From Octopus vulgaris (lineage: Eukaryota), in NCBI GenBank assembly GCA_951406725.2, contig OX597823.1, positions 46,624,001 to 46,688,000 on the forward strand: a stretch of 64,000 nucleotides of DNA, in the 5' to 3' direction. The notes beneath the pieces were generated by a model, which saw nothing but the letters and a program-made list of their open reading frames with translations, had not been told where the DNA came from and ran no database searches. This document shows, in pieces, positions 54,250 to 64,000 of the stretch; positions within the stretch are counted from its first letter, which is position 1, and each line of letters opens with the position of its first letter. Made by a program: the position numbers and the translations under genes.

Positions 54250-54831
54250 TAAGTGACAAAGTACCAGCGAGACACCATATTAAGCAAATTAGCTAAATAT
54301 GCTAAATATGAATGGAATTTACAGTTGTAATCCGAAATAAATTCATCAGTCTTTGTAACAGACTTAAGAACAAGAATAGCAGTTTTTATATAACACCCTA
54401 TTTTCAACAGAGAAATTGCACTGAAATTGCAGCAACCATATAACTGAAACCAATCACTGCCAGCAGAGATATAGCACATAAATTGTTCCCCTAAGGAAGG
54501 AAAGAAGACATTCACCCTAGGTCCTTGTGAGATAATCTAAAGACGACTTGAAGAAAGCAGTTTGTTAACATCTATCCGCGTCTAAAGTCGCACATAATGA
54601 AGCACGAGAAGTACACAGCAAATCCCCAAACTGAAGAATTGGACCATCTTCACTGTGAAAATAAGCATGCCGCAGGAGTGGCTGTGTGGTAAGTAGCTTG
54701 CTAACCAACCGCATGGTTCCGGGTTCAGTCCCACTGCGTGGTATCTTGGGCAAGTGTCTTCTGCTATAGCCCACGGGCCGACCAATGCCTTGTGAGTGGA
54801 TTTGGTAGACGGAAACTGAAAGAAGCCTGTC

Positions 54832-54891
<60 letters not shown>

Positions 54892-55573
54892 ATGTGTTTG
54901 TGTGTTTGTGTTTGTCTTCCTAGCATTGCTTGACAACCGATGCTGGTGTGTTTACGTCCCCGTCACTTAGCGGTTCGGCAAAACAGACCGATAGAATAAA
55001 TACTGGGCTTACAAAGAATAAGTCCCGGGGTCGATTGGCTCGACTAAAGGTGGTGCTCCAGCATGGCCGCAGTCAAATGACTGAAACAAGTAAAAGAGTA
55101 AAAAGAGTAAGCGTATGCCATCGTCTTAACGGCTCTTAGGGAACTACTAGCAGCAGAGCTTCTCCACTAATCTGCATTGAGGGAGGAAACCGCTTAGCAG
55201 TGCCTAAATGCACTTCAGATTACTTTTTGGTTAAAGAGAACTAAGCAATGCTAAACTTGACTACAAGCCTTGTTTCAACCACAAAGTAGCAGTTACCTTG
55301 TAAATCCAAACTGGCCTATTTATAATGATTAAAACGTTTAAGAAACAACTAGTCCCCTGCTTCAGATCACATTCCAAGGATCTTTTGGAGAAGTCCACTC
55401 TTCTACATACATCCGTTGAGTATCTGTAAAGTGGTCTACGAAGGAAACGAACCATCAGCCTTCTCAAGGCTTTTAATTATTCCATTTCCGAAGAAAGATG
55501 ATCTTTAGTTGCCTGAAACTATACAGGAATTACGCTATTATCTCCACTTTAAAATACAAACAATTCTCCCCTT

Positions 55574-55621
<48 letters not shown>

Positions 55622-55892
55622 TTCTTTCTCTCTCTCTCTCTGTCTTTTTTTCTCTCTTTCTCTCTCCCTCTTTCTCTGTCTATTTGTCTCTCTCCCTTTA
55701 CTCCCCGATAGATTCTCTTCCTATCAACCTCATCCTAAGACAACCAAAACGGCTTCGGCAAAGGCTGGTAAGTCTTAACGTTAATTCTGAAGACGTTTGA
55801 ATAATCCTTAAAGGGCTCAAAATCTCCAGGCAAAAAGGAATCGATTGTATTTGTATATTTTTCCATGGCCTTTAATTGCGTCAACAGAAGAA
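54250..55892 (+). pseudogene. RTE-clade LINE remnant (EN-RT linker and early RT domains), inverted relative to 53500-54215
   Basis: EFTVVIRNKFISL, IIPFPKKDDL*LPE/NYTGITLLS, NQNGFGKG, IVFVYFSMAFNCVNR (cf. PKKGDL..NYRGISL, FVDFSKAFDSV); interrupted by a SINE and (CT)n. Confidence 0.75.
54669..55110 (+). mobile_element. SINE family B, full length
   Basis: Collinear with 12017-12452. Confidence 0.85.
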
Positions 55893-56605
55893 CTACGAAA
55901 TTTACGTAATCTGTTAAATATATGCTTGGTGTTCTTTACAGCTATCGTTTAATTTCATTTACCTGTGCCACCCAGTGTCTTTAATGTACATTTCTACCTA
56001 GTAACCTTCTTAACGTAGGACAGAAATGGTACTTTAGCTGATGATGTGTATGAATTCTAACCCTTGCTTGCTCATCCTGCAAATGTCGAACTAATTATCA
56101 TATTTAACGTTAAAATTGTGAAACTACTCAAACCCTCCTTTACATTACTTATTGTATATAAATTATAATACTTTGCGATATATTTTTACCCCGTTTTACT
56201 TTCCTCCTGTTCATTCGAAACGCAAAATTCTTTGGATGAAGAGTAGGGATATATGTTAGTCAGTAGCAATTGTTTCTGAATCACAGAGTTCCAAACTACA
56301 AATATTCCACGCTAGTTTCCATAGGATTAAGTGATTAAACAGTTGTTCTTCTCGAGAGGACACCTGTCTATTGCTTGTAACTATTTCTACATGGACAACT
56401 AAAATTAATACTGCAAGTCAACGAAGCAGTCGTTAACTACACTGTGCCTCTACTGTCTTTCAAGCGCACACGTTATACTTAACTTGGACCTTGGTACAAA
56501 GTTGAGACGCTGGCATGTTAGGAGTGTCCGATCTGTCGTGTAATTTATCTTGCAACATATCAACTTGTTTGTCTATGTCTCTCATACTCTAGTATTACAC
56601 TAATC

Positions 56606-56954
56606 AGGTTAGGGTTAGGGCTTTCGGATTAGGGTTAGGGTTAGGGTTAAGGTTTTAGGGTTAGGGTTAGGGTTGTCATAACTGACACTGTCAAATGAAA
56701 TATACATCGCCGGAAGTTCTTGTTGACAAACAACAGCAGTAATTTTATTTGAGCTGAATACACGTTATTGATTGGTTGAAATTACCGAAATACGAGAACT
56801 TTGACGTGAAATAACTTCGTAAACATAATTTTTTCTCAAAAATACTAAGAGTAAAAGATATTTTATATGACACATTCTACCAGTGTCCGAAGTTTGAAAG
56901 TGTTTAGTTACAAACAATTATTTTTTAAATCTGTCGGTCAAAAGGTAAAGATCC
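56606..56954. mobile_element. One-ended relative of the 28897-29784 transposon, carrying interstitial (TTAGGG)n
   Basis: TTAGGG repeats 56606-56675; TGACACATTCTACCAGT...CGAAGTTT subterminal motif and ..AAAGATCC end shared with ~29700-29784; CACTAATC at 56598-605 and 56955-62. Confidence 0.7.
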
Positions 56955-58881
56955 CACTAATCGACCCTTGAGGGGCGATAAGTTAAGTCGTCGTAAATGG
57001 TATTCGAACTTGCAATCGAGAAGGATGAATCAAAATGGCACAATGGAGTACTGCCACCCTCTTAATCTGCATTCATGCTAAACATTTATTTGGAGTTCGA
57101 AATGAGGAATTTCTGTTTTGCAATTGCTTCGTTCCTTATTTTTTCATTGAACTTTACTTCAGTCTTTCTCTCAGAACGTGAAAGAAAAGCGAAACGATTT
57201 TCTGCCAGGAATTTTTCCTGATGAGATCTAGTCTTGCACAATTCAATGGTTTCAGTATTTTTATTTCTGTTTACCTGCCTGTTAGATATAAAACAATCAA
57301 ATCGTAATGGTATAGTGTCTGCTAATATAGTATCAGCTACTTTCACAACAAGTGGTGTTGATGGTGATTTTATATAGAAGAACTATCAACGTGTCTTTCT
57401 CATATACTTAATTGACGCTGTTCATATATTCAAAACACAATCTGGCCTTACTTTTTTTTTTCCTTTTCTTCATATTTCACAAGAAAATTCTAGATTTTAT
57501 TTAGTTTCCTTTCATCATTTCTTATTTTGGTTTTATGATTTTTCCAAATAAACGTAGCAGAAAAATAAATACATAAATCTAACAAAAACTCATATGAAAA
57601 CACAAATTAAAAATAACAAAAAGAAAGCAGCCATAGTAGAAATAGTTGTCACCATTACGCATTACACCTTTTTGATGGTAGGCTTCCTTCTAGTTGCAGA
57701 CCATTTCAATAACGGATCGTCTTTGTGTCGTGAGCAGTGAGGCAGAAACACAGAGTGCTTTTGGCGTAATTGTTGTGACAACTGCAGTAAGTTCAGCACT
57801 AGCAACAGTACAAAACCATTATTTCTACCGAACACTTCTTATGTCTGTATGTCTCTCACGAAATTGCCTTTTCCTTTACTATATTCTCTCTTCTACTTTT
57901 AAATACATATAAATCTTACTTTCTTCTCCCTCTCTCCCTCTCTCCCCGTCTCTCCCTCTCTCCCCCTCTCTCACTCTTCATCTCTTTTCATTCTTTTCTT
58001 TCTCTCTCTCCTTCTCTACTTCTGTCTACTTCCTTCTCCTTTTCAACCATTCTCAATATATTCTATTCTCTTCGATTCACTTTATCTCTCTCTTTCTTTT
58101 TCTCTCTGTCAATCTGTACATACATGCATACATACATACATACACACACACACTCACATCAACACACACCCATAAACATGCGCGTACACACACTTTTTCT
58201 CCTACTCTCTAACTTTCATGAATCGGTTCCTTCATTTTTCACTCCATATCACTCACACTCTTTCAAACTCTGATCCTTTCCTCTTTTCTTTTCATTCATA
58301 AGATGATATCTCTAGTATTCTCGAATACCTATAATCATCAAGACAGACATGTGCATTTCATAATATAGAACAAGATATTGTTTGATTGCAAAACTGTATC
58401 AATGTCTGCACTTGTATGTGCAGCTTCACACACTGACCAAAGTGAGTTGCAGCGTTGTTTTAGGCTGTACAGAAATGCATCATTGCACGTATATTTATGT
58501 GCGCATTATCTTTCATTTATAATTATTTGTATTCTTCCTACGAAGAAAGGGTTGGATTTTCATAAAGAAAAAAGTTTCATCGATTTGAATTACATAACAG
58601 CAACGTAGGATACGTAAATGCAACTATAGAACTTTTAACTGCTTAGCTTACAAATTGTATTTGATAAAATGCGTGTTATTTGGTTGCTTTCTTTGCCTGA
58701 AAACTGCCTGATTTTATTAGACATTTGCAAGTAGAAATTTTAGTATTAATCTGGTTAGAGTAGTTTTTCACAACTGGGGCCCCTTATGGCCCATTGGGGG
58801 AATCATATGCTGCTAATGTTTATGCACAATAAATTGGTTATACGTCTACAATGTACAAAATAGTTACACAATTTTTCTATA

Positions 58882-59048
58882 CAGGCGCAGGAGTGGGTGT
58901 GTGGTAAGTAGCTTGCTTACTAACCACATGGTTCCGGGTTCATTCCCACTGCGTGGCACCTTGGGCAAGTGTCTTCTACTATAGCCTCGGGCCGACCAAA
59001 TCCTTGTGATCGGATTTGGTTGACGGAAACTGAAAGAAGCCCGTCGTA
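58882..59048 (+). mobile_element. SINE family B, 5' half ending in the microsatellite
   Basis: AGGCGCAGGAGTGG...GAAAGAAGCCCGTCG(TA)n. Confidence 0.85.
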
Positions 59049-59077
59049 TATATATATACATATACATACATACACAC

Positions 59078-59141
<64 letters not shown>

Positions 59142-59614
59142 GTATATGTATATGTGCCTAGAGTAGAAAATAATATTTAATCATAAAAATATAATGGGAT
59201 TTTTTTCAAGTATCGAATGACTTTGAGGTTTCACCCGAGTAAAATAGGAATGAAAGGGTTCCATCGGTAAAAATGGTCGCGAATCACCGATTTTCAAAGA
59301 AATGTCCCATCTAAACGACGGCTGTCTAAGGGTTGTTATGCTTGAGGGGAGGCATGTGACTAGTTTCCTGAACCGGACGACGCTTGTTTTCTTGGGCAAA
59401 CCACTTAATTTTGCATTGCCCCAGTCCACTCAGCTGGCAAAAACGAGTAACTCTGTGAAAGACGGGTGTCCCATCCAGGTGGGGGATTTATAGCCATGGA
59501 AAAAAACCGAAAACCGGGCCCTACCTTTGCCTTATCTATGTTTGCAGTCGATATTCCTTATGCTTGAACGTATGTATGTATAGGAGAACAAGAATACTTT
59601 ATGTGTCACTGAAC

Positions 59615-60005
59615 ATGTATGTCTTTCGCTTATTAGACTGTGACCATGCTGGGGCACCGCCTTGAAAGATTTTTAGTCGAGTAAATCGACCCCAATTCTA
59701 ATTTTTTTTGTTAAACATGGTACTTATTCCATCGGTCTCTTTTCTTGAACCGCTAAGTTACGAGAACGTAAAAAAACAACAAAGTTTGTCAAGCGGTGGT
59801 AGGAGACAAACACAGACGCGCGTGCATACACATATATTAATTTATATATGTGGACTTCTTTCAGTTTCCATCTGCTAAATTCAATCGCAAGGCTTTAATC
59901 GGGCCAAGGCTATAGTATAAAACACTTGCCCAAGGTACCACGCGGTGGGACTGAACGTAAAACAATTTGGTTGGAAAGTAAGCTTCCTACCATACAGCCA
60001 TACCA
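59615..60005 (-). mobile_element. SINE family B, diverged
   Basis: Reverse-complement family B. Confidence 0.75.
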
Positions 60006-60700
60006 TATATGCATGTAAGTATGTTATATTTTGCTTTAAGAATTCAAATAATTGAATCCTTCCTGTAAAAAAGGAACCGATTCTTAAGAAAGAAATAAAG
60101 CTCCATCGTTGGAATTTGTTTAACAACAATGATATAAGTTCACGTGCTAAACTGTAGAAAACTCTGGCGTATTAAACTGTTCCACTAAGAGATTGTCTTT
60201 CGTAAGTGTGTGATAATTGTCTTTGCTTGAAAAGGGTTTTCCATTTTTTATCTCTTTTCTTACTCCTTAGATGCTTACATAATTAAGTACCCCAATGATT
60301 ATCAGTACAGATCAATTTAAATTTATGGTAAAGATAAACAGCAAGGCTCGAAACAACACCTTGTAAATATATTAGTTCTTGCAGAATTTGAAAGAAGTGC
60401 TCCTAATCTGTAGGGTAACTCTATACAGAACATGGATTTTCTTGTTTGTCCGAAACAGCGTTATTAGGCTTGTTAAGACTTCATTCAGTGGAAGTTTTGA
60501 TGAGAAATATCTACCCAATATTCTTTGTGTTGAAACGTAGGTACGTATTGAAAACGGATGCATTTTCAATATTTATCCAAGGACAGCCTTTCTTCTCAAA
60601 GTCGTCTGTTTTAATGACATCATCGCACTGCATTGGAAATTAGTAGCTTAATAATATTTTAAGAACAGCTGATAAAGACACATAGAAATGCAACATACTG

Positions 60701-61672
60701 ACTTTATGTATGCGCATATATGTATAGACATGTCAATGTATTACTTCTATGTATTTGTCTTTGTTATATTTTGATTACTTTGGGCAGAGGAAGGGCGGGT
60801 TCAAAGTATATAACAAAAGTGTGGTTTCCAACAGCGATAGGAAGATCCATCATTGGAATTTAGACTTCGACAACGAAATCGAGTTAGATGCTAAATTTTA
60901 GAGAAAAGATGCTTGTGTCCATATTGCTGTTTATATAGTCAATTTTAAGAATATATTGTTATAGCTGTATGGCAAGAAGCTTACTTTCCAACCACATAGT
61001 TGCGTGGCACCTTGGGAAGCTTCCTTCTAGCCTTTGGCCGACTAAAGCCTTGTGAGTGGATTTGGTATTGGGAAACTGAAAAAAGCCCGAACCACTAAGT
61101 TACGGGAACGTAAGCACACCGCCATCGGTTGTCAAGTGATGTGTGGGTGTGGGGGGAACACAGACGCACAAACGTATACACACACATACTTTATGTATGC
61201 GCATATATGTATAGACATATCAATGTATTTCTTCTATGTATTTGTCTTTGTTATATTTTGATTACTTTGGGCAGAGAAAGGGCAGGTTCAAAGTATATAA
61301 CAAAAGTATGGTTTCCAACAGCGAAAGGAAGATCCATCATTGGAATTTAGACATCGACAACGAAATCGAGTTAGATGCTAAATTTTAGAGAAAAGATGCT
61401 TGTGTCCATATTTCTGTTTATATAGTCAATTTTAAGAATATATTGTTATAGCTGTATGGTAAGAAGTTTACTTTCCAACCACATAGTTGCGTGGCACCTA
61501 GGGCAGCTTCCTTCTAGCCTTTGGCCGACTAAAGCCTTGTGAGTGGATTTGGTACTGGGAAACTGAAAAAAGACCGAACCACTAAGTTACGGGGACGTAA
61601 GCACACCGCCATCGGTTGTCAAGTGATGTGTGGGGGGTGGGACACAGACACACAAACGTATACACACACATA
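60701..61672 (+). repeat. Recent ~487-bp tandem duplication including fused opposing family B SINE halves
   Basis: Units start at 60701 and 61188 (ACTTTATGTATGCGCATATATGTATAGAC); the minus-strand SINE completes at ~61850. Confidence 0.9.
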
Positions 61673-61849
61673 TATACATATATACGACGGGCTTCTTTCA
61701 GTTTCCATCTACCAAATCCACTCACAAGGCTTTGGTCGGCTTGTGGCTATAGTAGAAGACACTTGCCCAAGTTGCTACGCAGTGGGAATGAACCCGGAAC
61801 CATGTGGTTGGTAAGCAAGCTACTTACCACACACGGCCACTCCTGCGTC

Positions 61850-61940
<91 letters not shown>

Positions 61941-62830
61941 GCATGTATGTATGTATGTATGTATGTATGTATGTATGTATGTATGTATGTATGTATGTAT
62001 GTATGTATGTATGTATGTATGTATATATGTATGTATGTAATGGGGAAGAGGTTTTGAAAATGCAGAGGTCTTTGTAGACAGTATTTGATAGGCGAAAGCG
62101 TGTGTTGCTTAGTCAAAAGTTCATCAGAAATCATATTTAAATATTTATACAGAATTTTAATGGAATAACCAACTTTTTTTCTTCATCTCCAGTCGTCTAT
62201 GTGTGTTTGGCAAGGATGGTTGCCAAATGCCATATACGCAACACACAAACGCATCTCTATACAAACACGCACAGTTGTACACGCCTACCAAATACCGTCT
62301 ACAAATTCTTTCTGTATATATGTTTATATACAATCATGATTTTTAATGAACTTATAAATAATTATGAATTTATTTTACTACCCATTTTGAACACTTTTAT
62401 GTAAACTGTTTAAACACAAAGCCCCTCTTAACATTTTCTTATCACTGTCAAAGACTCTATCAGTGTATTTTAATACATCTATATTAACTATTTTTTCAAC
62501 AAGACAAAAGCTACACAAAGTCTTACATTTTACTTTAGAAATAAAAAAAAAAAGTGAAACCGTTCAAGTCAATAAACATCTTTAAAAAAACCTCTGCATT
62601 TTCATATGCTCTTCCCTATATATTTTCACTGGTGCAGTACCTTCCAGTTTTATTTATATATATATAAGTATGGTCAGCTGAAATTGTGAAGATAATCTGG
62701 TACTTGACTGAGGAAAGAAAACTTCGAAAGACCTGTCCTTGTTTTCTTTGTATCGTCTATCTAGATGTTTTGTTGTCCCACTTTTGCATCACCTAGCTGT
62801 CCGGATGTTTTGCGTTCTTGTCCCATTTTG

Positions 62831-62881
<51 letters not shown>

Positions 62882-63756
62882 CACCCACACACATAAATAT
62901 TTATATGTGTGTGGAGGGGTAGTATTTAAAGCCGTTCATCAATTTGTAAAAGAAATATTATTTACTGTTGATGAGATCAGTTTATGAAGTAGGGTCAAGT
63001 GTACGTAAAATTTTGGGTTGAATGGGACTTCAAGTTTCACCTTATTGACTATTCAACAGAAAATGTTTAACACATACATACACATACATGCACACACTCA
63101 CACACACACGCACACACACACACACACACACACAAATCAAATGATTGAGAGGGCAAAACTGGGCACAATAGTTATTGAATTCAAATAGTACACAATTGTT
63201 TCGTCGTTCGTAGACATGATAATTCTACAACACACTAAAGTTACAAAGGACCACGTAAGTTCACAAAATTTAGTGCATAACTAAATCGTTGGCAATATCC
63301 ATTCCTCTTGCGATAGAGAAAATTTGTTTCTGCTATAAGGATTCGATTTCCGAACGCCACTTCAAGTACTCCCAAAGGATCTTGAATAAGGCTTGAGCGA
63401 CACCACTTGGCATTCTCACTATTTTATTCCTGCAGCTTCTTTTGCTTGCGGGAGTTAAACAAATCAATATGATATATAGTAACGAAATTTCATTGGTCAA
63501 TATGTATTTTATAGACACTGAGAGAGATGACGGTAATACATAGATGCGTATACGCACACGTACATACCTATCGATCTTTCAGTCCGTATATACTTTCATA
63601 GAAACTTATATTAACTATATACACAAATACATATGTGCATGGTTATGCTTCTATATGTGTGTACGTGTGTGTGTGTATGTGTATATATATATACATGCAT
63701 ATGTGTGCGTGTTAGCACATGCATACCCTACGCGTATACATATTTCTATAGGCATG

Positions 63757-63831
<75 letters not shown>

Positions 63832-63848
63832 TATATATATATATAAAT

Positions 63849-64000
<152 letters not shown>

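Noticed and set aside
56033-56095. ttag-CTGATGA...ctaa possible hammerhead
   Set aside because: No GAAA and no convincing stems II or III.
57086-57346. 86-aa minus-strand ORF
   Set aside because: No recognisable motif or splice context; it may be TE-derived but I cannot support a call.

Overview
AT-rich, microsatellite-saturated eukaryotic DNA, intronic or intergenic. The SINE families and repeat style point to an octopus (coleoid cephalopod) genome; this is an inference. I see no intact protein-coding gene, and nearly all ORF-track entries are translations of (TA)n, (CA)n, (GA)n, (TAA)n or (CAT)n repeats or of SINEs. The window is a transposon graveyard: at least three tRNA-derived SINE families, a ~550-bp element nested in (TAA)n tracts, Tc1/mariner and RTE-LINE pseudogenes, TA-TSD and 8-bp-TSD MITEs, Helitron ends and several Penelope-like element (PLE) remnants. 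The most interesting signal is a set of minimal type I hammerhead ribozyme (HHR) folds with palindromic stem III in unrelated repeat families (47.8, 43.4/43.5, 38.3 and 19.7 kb; decayed copies at 1.8 and 4.1 kb). Two sit in long inverted repeats, and one has a U3-A8 compensatory core with an inverted arm starting within 1 nt of the predicted cleavage site. All calls are from manual reading; no folding or database search was run.
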